Positions 12,191 to 25,600 are shown, numbered from the stretch's first letter. The stretch is DNA of 64,000 nucleotides from Macrostomum lignano (GCA_002269645.1 NIVC01000200.1:434001-498000), one strand, 5' to 3'. The notes: generated from the letters alone by a model not told the origin. Numbers and translations: made by a program.

Positions 12191-15144
12191 GCAGGCTCCA
12201 GTCGCAGGCCGTCGGCAAGGGGCTTGCTGACGCTGGAGGAGACAAAGCATGCGCTGTGTCGCTGCACCAGGAGTGAGGCGCTCCAGTACTCAACTTCTAT
12301 GGTCCCACAAATGTGTACTTTTCGTAGTGAGCGTCTGGGTATACACAGTTGCAGTACCAACAACTTAATTTGTTACTAAATAATTGCGCGTGACTTGCTT
12401 CTCCCTTTAGACAACCTTGTTGCCTGTTACTGAGTTTAATAAATTTATCAGTGCAGCGCCCTTTAATGCGTTGCTTTGTCTATGGTAGCGGAGTTACGCT
12501 ACTGATTATCTCCGCTCATTTAACACTGGGGGAATAGACGAGGCGCACAGGAAAAGTGGATTATACATTATCACAGCTGAGTTTGTATTTGAATATCATT
12601 TCATGCGAATAAGTTTCTTTACGACCATAAAAACCCTATTTTATCTGTTTGGGCCATACAGATACAGAATTTAGGCCACAGCATAAATCATGAAACATGA
12701 AATTTATAAACCTCGGAAAATTCTAAGAAATGCTAATTCTACGTGAATGTTACGACTATTAGCGATATTTCAAACCGAACGTAAAAAAGGTCAGAGCCCT
12801 CGAGACCTCCCAGCTTTGAAATCTGTGTTTTAACTCAGATAGGCCTACTCTAGTTGTCTTGTAAACTTCAAATCATGGCCTGTATACGGACTTCTTAAAC
12901 TTTAGTAGACCTATATAAAAACTTTTGGTTTTCCGATTTCAAAAAAAACTTTAGCAGTCTAGCCTACCTAGTCCTACGACTTCGATGCATTGACGAGTCA
13001 GGAAACACGAAGTGTTAAAAAATCTTTAAAATTACATCAGCCCCAAAACCCATATGATATATCCCTTATTTCGCATGCCCTGGTGATTTGATTTGCTTCT
13101 TAAGCATAAGTTTAGAATGAAGAAAGGCCTATGTTGCATATGGACAGAAGCAGTTAGTTATGCTTGTATGCTCTCTTGCCATTCTTACAACTTGTCTTAA
13201 GCATTATTAATGATAAAGTGAATAGATTTGGCTAGCTATCATGACAACATGACATAGATTTACAGTTATATTGCATAGGCCTAGCCTAGGCATATTGATA
13301 GTTAAATGTTAGGCCTATCAAGTTTTTTAAATGTTTAAATAAAGTTTCTAGCCCTAGGCCTGTTCCTATTTTGGCTTTATATAATAATATGCATCGGCAT
13401 TTTTTCTATAAATTATCAATGACAGTATGAAAATAGATTGTTTTGATAATGGTCTAGTTAGGCCTCATTAGTTTTAAGCTATGGATAGCTTAAGTTAAGT
13501 TTGATAATTTCAATAATTTAAATATTTTGTTTTTAAATTAAAATTATTGGCTTAAGCCCTAATAGTATTAGTAATACTAATAATAGGCAACTATAGCCAA
13601 TGAAAAAATATATTTAATGAGAACCTATCTAGTTTAGGAAAATTTGGTTAATATTTCTTTAAGCTTAAAAACACTAGGCCAATATTAGAACAAAATAAAA
13701 ACTGTAGATTGTAACTACCTGATAGTTCACAGGGATAATTTAAAGGGCCGTGTCTATGCTGGCCTATTCCTTATTGGAATAAGTGGTTTAGACAATAGAT
13801 ATTTTGATGCAAAAGAAAGTTATTTAAGTTTTATTATTTATCTTTGTTTTAATTTATTAGATAAATTAAGGAAATATTTTTGTTTTAAATATATAAGATA
13901 GAAAAAAAAATATATGTAAAAGCAAGTTTACTAACAAATAAACCAATTATTTTTTGCAAGCAATTTAGGCTAATAAGTCTCAAATAGTTCAACCTAGGCC
14001 TTATATATTCTTAAAACTTTCAAGTTAAGAACAAATTATTTATTTTCAAAGTTAAAGAGCAATTTAGAGAAATTTTCTAAAAGAAGAAATGATCTAGAAA
14101 GAAACTAACATTTGTGTTGTGACTTTCTAATCCTAATAATGCCTAGATTAGAAAAATATATATACTTATAAAGATTACTTAGGCAAGTGTAAAGCCTATT
14201 ACAGCAGATGGCATTAATTAGATTTTTAATAGACAGAGCAATAAAACACTGTAACAACTTAGTGTCAGCTGTGAAATTATTTTAGAAGGCAGAAAAAACC
14301 CCTACTGCACAAGTAATGGCAATAACGCTGTTAATGAAATTTGCAATGAATATATTAGATTAATAACAAAAGTTACAAAACAAGTTAAAAAGAAAAAAAG
14401 CAAAGTAATACTCAAAATCTCATTAGCCCGTTAAAAAAATCATGATTATGAAAAAGTGGTTATTAATTTACAAAACTGTGATCATGTCCACCCCTATTTT
14501 ACTTAGTAGTGTTCTAGCATAATTATGTCTATGATTTTAAGAAAATTTGGGATGGCACTTTTTAAGCATAATTTGGTTATAGATTGGAGCTATGCCTATA
14601 GAGACAGGGTTTTTTGCTAGTGCTAGGTTGCAAAATCATATCAAAAGTCCAATTTCAATATACAATTTTGAAAGTCAAGATGCTATAGCATTTCTATTAC
14701 ACAAAAAATATACTTAGTAAAGAGATCTTGCCTAATCATGGCTATGGTTATAGATTTTATGGTGATTTAAGGCATCTTATATAATTTCCTATAATAATAT
14801 AATTTATATTATAAATTATTTGCCTAATCTTAAATTATCCTTGCAAGGGCATTCTATGCTTATTTAAAAAGTTGGTGTGGATAGGAAAATTTTGGTTAAA
14901 TAAATAGTTAGACATAGTATAACAAATACTTATGCTATATTGTATATACATATGTCATTTTTTGTGACAATTTTGCTAATTTAATATAGTGAATACAGCG
15001 CTTTGAGAATATTTTAAATATGTAGATTTGACCATATAAAAAATAATGGCTATAGAAATGGCATGGTAAAATTCAGTATAGATATGGTTATAGAGGTATA
15101 GAAGAGGTGTGGCAGTAGAACACTACTATTTAAATTAGCAATAC

Positions 15145-15735
15145 AATTTGTGAAGATTCCGACTTGTAAAGTTTCCAATTTGTAAAGATTTCAAGTTTGC
15201 AGTTTCCAATTTGTGAAGATTCCAAATTGTTGCAAATTTTCCAAGTTGTGAAGTTTCCAATTTGTGAAGATTCCAAGTATGGTCAGCTGTAGCCCAGCAG
15301 TAGCGCAGCTGCTCTGGTGTGCTAGCAACCTAGGCTCAATTCCAAGTGCGTGCAGTCACATTAATTTGGGGCTGAATTGGAATCTCGGCTTGGCTCTGCT
15401 CGTGCAAATAACGGCCTTGAGAGCCAACCCCCCAAGGCGCAGTGAAGTGTACATGCCTAACGATAATATAAAGTTAGGGCCGCTGTACACTCCTGTGTGA
15501 GTGTGTGCCTGCGTACGTATCCGCGTGCTTGTATGCCTGCTCAGGGGAGTCGGTGGAATGGGCAGCAATGCCTCTCGCCGGTTGTGCCTAAGTCGCTTAA
15601 AGTGCGCCAGGGTGCACACAACCCCCTGCCTCTAATAAAAAAGAAGATTCCAAGTTGTGAAGATTCCAAGTTGTGAAGTTTCCAATTTGTGAAGATTCCA
15701 AGTTGTTGCAAATTTTCCAAGTTGTGAAGTTTTCG
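15145..15735. repeat. Short ~18-bp degenerate tandem repeat (TTGTGAAGATTCCAAG-like) interrupted by a SINE
   Basis: Units are visible at 15145-15278 and 15643-15735. Confidence 0.8.
15281..15642 (+). mobile_element. tRNA-derived SINE, copy 1 (~360 bp, A-rich tail)
   Basis: Close match to 43570-43930. A-box-like TAGCCCAGCAG, B-box-like GGCTCAATTCC, ends TAATAAAAAA. GAAGATTCCAAGT lies on both sides. Confidence 0.8.
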
Positions 15736-15934
15736 ATACAGAGAGGCTATGGAAGAAATTAGATAAGGCTATAGATATGTATCTAGGAAAATTTTAGTTA
15801 CAGCGGAGCTCTAATCATAAGCCCAATTGATTCTATTCAATCTTCTTAGTTAAAGAAACAACTTGGCAATGAACAATGATTTGCAATAGAATTATGCATC
15901 CAGTACCTCACACCTCAATTCATGTCAATTAACT

Positions 15935-16448
15935 ATGAGCGACAAAGCTGATTCATCTATTGGCAAAAAAGATGACGGCTCATCAACTGCTGGCGGTTCG
16001 GGCAGCCTAGTAATCTCCATAGTCTTTATCATTATTAGTTTCGTCATCATAGTACTAGTCTTTGTTATTTTAACGGTAAAACGTCAAATTACCAGAGCCC
16101 GATCGCGTCAGATTATGTTTGCCTCGGCTCCTGTTCCCATAGCAACCGGCGCGACTACAGGTGTTAGACAACGAGTCGGAGAATTAGTGAATAGAAATCG
16201 AGATATACAGCGGATACCAACAGTCTTTAACGACTGCTTCAAACAGCTGTTCGAGGAGAAAGTGGCTGAGAGAGCCAGTTCGCACTATGTGTTTCGTTTG
16301 AAGGCCGCCGACGAGTTTGAAGAGATGGTCAGTGCTGGCATTTAGTTCAACATTTATTGCTGTGTCTGTCTGTGTGTGTCTGTCCATAAAATCCATGCGT
16401 CGCCATGGATTTTATACACAAGTGTGTCTGTGTGTCTGTCTGTCTGTG

Positions 16449-16496
<48 letters not shown>

Positions 16497-17044
16497 AACC
16501 AATAACCCTATCTGATCCCCACACGCAATCAATCAATCATTAATCTGACTAGCCGGCCCCCAATCCTCAGGTGCAGCATCTTGGCCAGCTGGGCTTCCGT
16601 CGCGGTGTCCACCAATCGGTGGACTCCTACCTGGCCAATTTGAAGAAGACCGCCCTAGCCGAGGTGAATATTGACGAATCTCTGCGCAGTTTGTGCGCCC
16701 TGTACGAGCACTGCGTGAGCAATCCGCTGCCGTTTGGACACCAGGAATATGAGCAGTTCCGCGACCTGCTGGCCTCTTTGAGGTCTCTGGTTGACGAGAG
16801 AGTCCGGGAGCAGCAGCAGCAGCGGTCCAGGGCTGCCGCAGCGGCCGCGGCGGTCAATCGCCAATCAGAGAGCAGATTATCGCGAAGGCTGAGCACGGCT
16901 AGCTCGGATAATAGCGAAACTAATCCACTGATCGATCTGGGATTTACTAATGTGGGATTTAGCGGCGGCGCCGCAGGTGCTGGCGCCAGCGGAACCAGCA
17001 GCGCACAGCGTGGTGGCGCCATTGAATCGTCTGGCTTGCTCTGA
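15935..17044 (+). CDS. C1orf43: C1orf43 / NICE-3 family single-pass membrane protein, ~288 aa, 2 exons (15935-16327, 16571-17044)
   Basis: N-terminal TM helix followed by VKRQITR, plus YVFRLKAAD and FGHQEYEQF, match NICE-3 motifs (human FVKRQIMR, YLYRMKALD, FGQNEY). Phase-0 intron ATG|GTCAGT ... CCTCAG|GTG. Confidence 0.85.
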
Positions 17045-17231
17045 AGTTTAAAATATACATGGGACTGCTTTATTGTTTTGTGGAGCTTTCAAGTTTAGAA
17101 ATCAAAGTCTAAGAATATACAGTCACTAATTATTGTTGCCATTGCATAGAGATTGGGCTGTCTCAAGCAGATAATGTGCGTTAGCCCCGAGATTTAGATT
17201 TAAGCTTTCCGTTGTTGAGCTTTGGCATTAT

Positions 17232-18742
17232 GTCTGTTTGACTGTCTGTCTGCCTTTCTGTGTGTCTGTTTGACTGTCTGTCTGCCTTTCTGTGTGTCTG
17301 TTTGACTGTCTGTCTGCCTTTCTGTGTGTCTGTTTGACTGTCTGTCTGCCTTTCTGTGTGTCTGACTGTCTGTCTGCCTTTCTGTGTGTATGTTTGACTG
17401 TCTGTCTGCCTTTCTGTGTGTCTGTTTGACTGTCTGTCTGCCTTTCTGTGTCTGTTTGACTGTCTGTCTGCCTTTCTGTGTGTCTGTTTGACTGTCTGTC
17501 TGCCTTTCTGTGTGTCTAACTGTCTGTCTGCCTTTCTGTTTGTCTGTTTGACTGTCTGTCTGCCTTTCTGTGTGTCTGTTTGACTGTCTGTCTGCCTTTC
17601 TGTGTGTCTAACTGTCTGTCTGCCTTTCTGTTTGTCTGTTTGACTGTCTGTCTGCCTTTCTGTGTGTCTGTTTGACTGTCTGTCTGCCTTTCTGTTTGTC
17701 TGTTTGACTGTCTGTCTGCCTTTCTGTTTGTCTGTTTGACTGTCTGTCTGCCTTTCTGTGTGTCTGTTTGACTGTCTGTCTGCCTTTCTGTGTGTCTAAC
17801 TGTCTGTCTGCCTTTCTGTTTGTCTGTTTGACTGTCTGTCTGCCTTTCTGTGTGTCTGTTTGACTGTCTGTCTGCCTTTCTGTGTGTCTAACTGTCTGTC
17901 TGCCTTTCTGTTTGTCTGTTTGACTGTCTGTCTGCCTTTCTGTGTGTCTGTTTGACTGTCTGTCTGCCTTTCTGTGTGTCTGTTTGACTGTCTGTCTGCC
18001 TTTCTGTGTGTCTGACTGTCTGTCTGCCTTTCTGTGTGTATGTTTGACTGTCTGTCTGCCTTTCTGTGTGTCTGTTTGACTGTCTGTCTGCCTTTCTGTG
18101 TCTGTTTGACTGTCTGTCTGCCTTTCTGTGTGTCTGTTTGACTGTCTGTCTGCCTTTCTGTGTGTCTAACTGTCTGTCTGCCTTTCTGTTTGTCTGTTTG
18201 ACTGTCTGTCTGCCTTTCTGTGTGTCTGTTTGACTGTCTGTCTGCCTTTCTGTGTGTCTAACTGTCTGTCTGCCTTTCTGTTTGTCTGTTTGACTGTCTG
18301 TCTGCCTTTCTGTGTGTCTGTTTGACTGTCTGTCTGCCTTTCTGTTTGTCTGTTTGACTGTCTGTCTGCCTTTCTGTTTGTCTGTTTGACTGTCTGTCTG
18401 CCTTTCTGTGTGTCTGTTTGACTGTCTGTCTGCCTTTCTGTGTGTCTAACTGTCTGTCTGCCTTTCTGTTTGTCTGTTTGACTGTCTGTCTGCCTTTCTG
18501 TGTGTCTGTTTGACTGTCTGTCTGCCTTTCTGTGTGTCTGTTTGACTGTCTGTCTGCCTTTCTGTGTGTCTGTTTGACTGTCTGTCTGCCTGTCTGCCTT
18601 TCTGTGTGTCTGTTTGACTGTCTGTCTGTCTGTCTGCCTTTCTGTGTGTCTGCTTGACTGTCTGTCTGTCTGTCTGTCTGCCTTTCTGTGTGTCTGCTTG
18701 ACTGTCTGTCTTAGTGTCTTTGACTCTGTCTCTGTCTGCCTT

Positions 18743-18773
<31 letters not shown>

Positions 18774-18835
18774 GCGTGTCTGTGTGTCTGTTTGACTGTC
18801 TGTCTGTTTGTCTGTTAAGCCTATCATGACTGTCT
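17232..18835. repeat. 32-bp minisatellite (TGTGTGTCTGTTTGACTGTCTGTCTGCCTTTC)n grading into (GTCT)n
   Basis: Direct repeat; a variant pattern recurs about 650 bp apart (near 17351 and 18001). Confidence 0.95.
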
Positions 18836-19251
18836 GCCATGTCTACCTGGGTTCTTGTGTTTGCATCGGTGTCCTGACTTGTCGGTCAGGTTTTTCCCTG
18901 GCCTAAGCCTTCTAATCTAGCTTAGACGCGAGATAGAATAAAACTTGATGTCGGTTATAACTTATTGTTTCGATTCTGCGGCAATAAGTATCTCTACCCA
19001 TTTCAGTTGCCTTGCTATATAGTTAGTTAAGCAGTTTAATTAATTACATTGAGACTGCTAAATAGTTTTGCATAATAGTTTGCTGTTTTTATAAACCATA
19101 TTTTATGGCTGTTGTTTGATGCTCAAAACTAAATTTGCACTTGTTATCAACTCCTTTAACCAAAATGGTCTAAATCGGTATTATAATTTATAAATACATG
19201 CTAATTATTTGTACATAGTGAATAAGTGCTGTTATTTTATTTTATTCTGTA

Positions 19252-20318
19252 TTACACCAACATCCTTGTACACAGATACCAGAGTGTCCTCACCAACGTC
19301 CTTGTACACAGATACCAGAGTGTGTCCTCACTAACGTCCTTGTACACAGATACTAGAGTGTCCTCACTAACATCCTTGTACACAGATACTAGAGTGTCCT
19401 CACCAACATCCTTGTACACAGATACTAGAGTGTCCTCACTAACGTCCTTGTACACAGATACTAGAGTGTCCTCACCAACATCCTTGTACACAGATACTAG
19501 AGTGTCCTCACCAACATCCTTGTACACAGATACTAGAGTGTCCTCACCAACATCCTTGTACACAGATACTAGAGTGTCCTCACCAACATCCTTGTACACA
19601 GATACTAGAGTGTCCTCACCAACATCCTTGTACACAGATACTAGAGTGTCCTCACCAACATCCTTGTACACAGATACTAGAGTGTCCTCACCAACATCCT
19701 TGTACACAGATACTAGAGTGTCCTCACTAACATCCTTGTACACAGATACTAGAGTGTCCTCACCAACATCCCTTTACACAGATACTAGAGTGTCCTCACC
19801 AACATCCTTGTACACAGATACTAGAGTGTCCTCACCAACATCCTTGTACACAGATACTAGAGTGTCCTCACCAACATCCTTGTACACAGATACTAGAGTG
19901 TCCTCACCAACATCCTTGTACACAGATACTAGAGTGTCCTCACCAACATCCTTGTACACAGATACCAGAGTGTCCTCACCAACATCCTTGTACACAGATA
20001 CCAGAGTGTCCTCACCAACATCCTTGTACACAGATACTAGAGTGTCCTCACCAACATCCTTGTACACAGATACCAGAGTGTCCTCACCAACATCCTTGTA
20101 CACAGATACCAGAGTGTCCTCACCAACATCCTTGTACACAGATACTAGAGTGTCCTCACCAACATCCTTGTACACAGATACCAGAGTGTCCTCACCAACA
20201 TCCTTGTACACAGATACTAGAGTGTCCTCACCACCATCCTTGTACACAGATACTAGGGTGTCCTCACCAACATCCTTGTACACAGATACTAGAGTGTCCT
20301 CACCAACATCCTTGTACA
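19252..20318. repeat. 36-bp minisatellite (CACAGATACTAGAGTGTCCTCACCAACATCCTTGTA)n
   Basis: About 29 near-identical units; they explain the SSPTSLYTDTRV and MYKDVGEDTLVS pseudo-ORFs. Confidence 0.97.
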
Positions 20319-20410
20319 GTTACATGAGTATCTATCTGTATTCTAATTTCAGTCTTAATACGTACTCTAGCTCAATCCACTGAGAGGATTCTCCATCAGT
20401 TGAATCTGTA

Positions 20411-22080
20411 ATGTCTCGGACAAAATGGAAATACCGCTTGTATCCAACGCCCATAGATAAGCGTTGGCCTCGCCTATGGCGTAACAGTTCGTCAACTCTT
20501 ATATTATGCGTTGGCAGTCTGATACGTTTATTAATGCGGCAGCACAGCCTATTAGCTATCAACTTGCCCCAGACTCAATCTTTGCTACATCAAATTTATG
20601 CTAAGCGAAATCGATCAATTGTGTCAGTTATGAATCATAGCGGCACCTGGGATGACCTGTGCGTTACCAGTCTGTTAGCTAATTGTAAAAGTCAATTATC
20701 AAATCCAGATTATATGCGTTTGACGCCCGTGGCCGCTGATATTTGTTTTAAAAACTGGTTCAGCAGTGTGTTCTTCTCATTGGGCAACTGTGTGCCCGCG
20801 TATCGGACTCTTAGGTTTGTTTATAAGATTGTATACTGCATAGTGTGGGATATTATAGGATATTATATAAGGTAAAGTGGGGACTAGGGAGATAGGATAA
20901 GTGATGAGGAATATGGGATAAGCAAGATTAGGGGGATAGAATGAAGGATTAGGATTCTGGGAGAAGCAGGATTGGAGTACTGAAGGGATTAGGGGGATAG
21001 GATGAGGGATTAGGATTCTGGGAGAAGCAGGATTGGAGTACAGAAGGTATTAGGGGGGATAGGATGAGGATTATGGGGGAAGCAGGATTAGTGTTAGAGA
21101 GGGATTAAGCAACATTCCGGATTAAGGAGGGGGACCAGGAGAGAGAAAAGTTGGATTAAAAGAAAACAGATTAAAAGAAACGTAGAATTAAGAGTAAAAT
21201 AAGTAGAAGAAAGTTTAAAGATGTTTATCTTCACTAAGGATATGTTTAAATCAAGTTCCTTGTTTTCTTATTAAACCTCCCCATATGGATCGCAGGGATC
21301 CCAAGACCGGTGCGGTACAAATAGTTGGACACGGCGTTTATCAGGAGAGCTTCAATTTTCTTGTGTCCGAACTTAAACGCGGCGGCCGTTGGGTCAACAT
21401 ACTGCCCCAGGGTCGGGTCATTGTTGGACCGGAAAAGGCTAAAGAAACTGAGGTGCGTAGTGTTTGTGTGTATGAAAATAAAAAAATGTAGTCAATATTT
21501 TAATACCGTCCCGATAGCACTACTTAAGTAAAAATAGACAAAAATTCATGCAAGCTTTAGTATTTTGTTATTAACGGCCATAAACAATTAACTTTTTAGT
21601 TTATTTTGTTCTAATTACACTACTTAAGAGTAGAAATACGAACAAATAAAGTGCAGTTTTTTACTTCTAGTTACACTACTTCAAGTAGAAATGCAAACAA
21701 AAAACAGGAATTTTATTTTAAACAGAAAATTAAATACCATCCTTCAGATTCGCTTCCGCTGGGGTGTTGGCCGATTAATCGCGGACTCGGAACCAACTCC
21801 CATCGTACTGCCAATCTGGCACGAGGGCGTTGAAACGATCAATCCATTGGCTGATAACGTATTTCAATACTTCTGGTTTGGCCTGCAGGCATTGTGCCGC
21901 GGCGGCCTGCCTATCACGGTGAATTTTGGTGAACCGCTGGACTTGACGCCTTTGGTGCAGCGGCTTAAACAAGAAGGCGCCACACGTGAAGCAATGCGAA
22001 TTGCTATCACCGATAAAGTGCAAGAGTGCATGATGAAGCTGCGAGCTGAGACCATTAAGCTGCATGAGAAGCGGCTATGA
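20411..22080 (+). CDS. TAZ: Tafazzin-family phospholipid transacylase, ~297 aa, 3 exons (20411-20814, 21296-21452, 21748-22080)
   Basis: NHSGTWDD (HxxxxD), MRLTPVAADICF, FFSLGNCVP, GVYQ, RFRWGVGRLI and PIVLPIWH match tafazzin. Junction phases (2, 0) are consistent; total 894 nt. Confidence 0.9.
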
Positions 22081-22669
22081 GGTGTTCAGCCAATCTTTAC
22101 ACTGAAACTAATAGATCAAAGGACTTCCTTGTTTTGATTAAGCGGTTAAGCTACTTATAGTAGGTTAAAAGAAGTATGCCATTCCTTAATTATAATTGCC
22201 CACTCCGTTTTGTGTACTCATAGATATCTTTTCGTGTTTTACATCCGGTGTGCTATTAGCAATCTTATCAAACATAAAGTATAATATTTGTATTGCGCCA
22301 TAGAAGTAATGTTAATTGATCCATTTCTGTTTCTGTAAAGCAGTGCTTGTTATAATAAGTTAAGTTTATTATTTTAAAAAAAATAGACTCCAACCCTGCT
22401 GAAATGAGTTCAATTTCTACTTCTTAATATGTTTTTCTTTAGTCTATGTTTTTAATAGCATTAGGTTTTCTCACTTTTACTAATTAGCTGACGAGCTATT
22501 TAGTTACCCAGGCCGTTTACCCAAATAGAAAAGCTACAGTAAGTTTCATTGTTAAATCAAATTTGTTTCCAGATCGCAGAATTTGGAACTAATTCAATTG
22601 AAACTAATTATACATTGACACTAATTGGTTATAATCGACTCCAGTTAGACTTTGGACTTTTGGGTCGCA

Positions 22670-25600
22670 ATGTCCCAGTCGGAGTCTCCAATCAAACTGA
22701 CACCCGATCCATCAGGCAATGGCAGTGGCGGAGTGTCCTCCACTTCGCGCCGACTTGAAGACGATGACGTCATCGTTGTCGACTGCACTCCGATGCCGCC
22801 TAGCAACGTACGTTTCGATCGACGAGTCAATGGCAACACGAACCGCTACGGCAAGAGAGCCGGCTCGTTGCCTTTGTTAGCTTTGGCTTCTTTGCCGCCG
22901 CCTCAGCTTCGTCCAGCCTCCACATTAGCTTCATCTGATCAGTCAAACAATGACGATTCTTCGAATTCTAAATCCCGACCAGATTTGCCTCCGCCGACAC
23001 TTCAAAGAGCGGCGCCGACAATACCAGCTGCAGCGGCGCTGGAACTTCATAGACAGGCGACGCCGCCTCCGCCGCCGCTTCAAAGACCGACGCCGCCGCC
23101 GCCGCCGCTTCAAAGACCGACGCCTCCGCTTCAAAGACCGACGCCGCCGCCACTTCAAAGGCCTACTCAGTCGTCGTATCAGACGTCTTCGCCGGCGCTG
23201 AAAAGAGCGGCGCAGGCGTTACGCGGCGCATTGCAACAGATTGGAGCTGAAAAAGGATCCTTGCAGAATTGTCACATGACTTTGCCCTTGATTCGACCGG
23301 CTCCGTCGGCCACCTCATCGACCCCAACGTCACCGCCACCGCCGCCGCCTCTTCTAAAACGAGCTTCAAGCATTAATATGAACTCTAGTGCAACAAATGG
23401 TAAAAGAAAGGATGAGTCTTGCAATTATTGCTCAGAAGTTGTTACTATAAGCGATTCAAGCGATAATCAAGGTGATAACAGCGTTATCTTAGTATCCACT
23501 GACGATTCTGAAGGGAATGACACGCACAATAGTATTAATGGCGCTATTGAAGTCCGACTTCCAGTCCCAGATAATACTGACATCCGCGAGCATGAAGGAG
23601 TGGCCAATACGTCCAACACTGAAATATTTCCCTCCGTTTCTGATGATCGAATTCCTTTCGAAAGTGAGTCTGTGGCCTGTAATGGTGATGAATTTTCTAC
23701 TGAACATCCTAACGAAATAGTAATTAGTGAAAGCGTCGCGGAAAAGTCCAACAGTGGCCTTGCCAACGGCCATAGTGTCAGTAGGTTCACTAAAAATCTT
23801 GACGACCGAAGTGACTCTGGATCGGTTGTCGCCAGGCAATTTGAAGGTGTAACTGCCGCTAGACCTCGAAGTGAGAGTGAGTCCAGACAATCTGAAGGTG
23901 TAACTGCTGCTAGACCTCGAAGTGAGAGTGAGTCCAGACAATCTGAAGGTGTAACTGCTGCTAGACCTCGAAGTGAGAGTGAGTCCAGACAATCTGAAGG
24001 TGTAACTGCTGCTAGACCTCGAAGTGAGAGTGAGTCCAGACAATCTGAAGGTGAAACTGCCGCTAGACCTCGAAGTGAGAGTGAGTCCAGACAATCTGAA
24101 GGTGTAACTGCCGCTAGACCTCGCAATGAGAGTGAGTCCGGACAATCTGAAGGTGTAACTGCTGCTAGACCTCGAAGTGAGAGTGAGTCCGGACAATCTG
24201 AAGGTGTAACTGCTGCTATACCTCGCAGTGAGAGTGACTCCAGACAATCTGAAGGTGTAACTGCCGCTAGACCTCGCAATGAGAGTGAGTCCGGACAATC
24301 TGAAGGTGTAACTGCTGCTATACCTCGCAGTGAGAGTGACTCCAGACAATCTGAAGGTGTAACTGCCGCTAGACCTCGCAATGAGAGTGAGTCCAGACAA
24401 TCTGAAGGTGAAACTGCCGCTAGACCTCGCAGTGAGAGTGACTCCAGACAATCTGAAGGTGTAACTGCCGCTAGACCTCGCAATGAGAGTGACTCCAGAC
24501 AATCTGAAGGTGTAACTACCGCTAGACCTCGCAGTGAGAGTGACTCCAGACAATCTGAAGGTGTAACTACCGCTAGACCTCGCAGTGAGAGTGACTCCAG
24601 ACAATCTGAAGGTGTAACTAGCACTGCGCATGTACCTCACAGTGGAAGAAATGAAAGTGTCACTGCCGTTAGACAACTCAACGATATTTCAAGTGCAGCT
24701 CCGGACTCTGACTCTGGATTTTCTCAAGATGTAACTGCCGCTAGACCCACCGAAAGACCTAGCAATGGATTAGGAAACGGATCTAAAGATGCAATTTCCT
24801 CTAGAGTTGATAGTGAAAGTGAAAATTCCGCTAGATCTGACACTGGCATTGATAGTGCCACTGCGCCTGCCTCTGAAGTTACCGATGAACAACCTGAAGG
24901 CCGAACTGTGGCTGAAAATGATACCACAAATTCCACTAAACCTAAAAACGATCAAACGCTTGTTAGACCTTCCGACAGTGCAAATGTAACCAAACATACT
25001 AACGACGTTGGTTCCTCTGAACTGCCCAACAACTTTGACTCAGATGTAGGTGTAGTTAAACAACCTGAAGCTGCTAGAAATAGTTGTTCTTCCAACCGGG
25101 CGCACAAAGATGTCCAAGAAGCTTCCGCTGAAAATCCGTTAGTTCGTCGACTTCGCAGTAGGAATCGTGCCCGCAGTTCCAAGCAGCCAAATGTTGCTAA
25201 CAAAGAGGCTAGCGACAGTCCAGCGACAAAGCGACGTCGATTGAATCCGAGCGACGATGTCGGAGAGGATGGCGACAATAGCGACGCGGTTACCGACGAT
25301 TTAGCGGTGTGGCAGCGCGCGGCGTCAGCTGCTGGGAGGCGGGCTGACAACTGTTTTGTTACGGCCGGATTGGCTGCGGCCGCCACTCAGAGCATCAATC
25401 AGCTGACGGACGACATTCAACAATTGACTAATCGTTGCAACTCGCAGCAGGCTCGGGTTAGAGCTCTGGTTGACTGCCTGGCTTCGTCGGCGGCGACTTC
25501 GGTGCCAGCGACGTCGGAAACAACTAGTGAGCGATTAATTCTTCTGGAATGGGAAGGTTTCTTCGGGAGGGTTAAAAAATTGAGGTTGATGTTTGAGACC

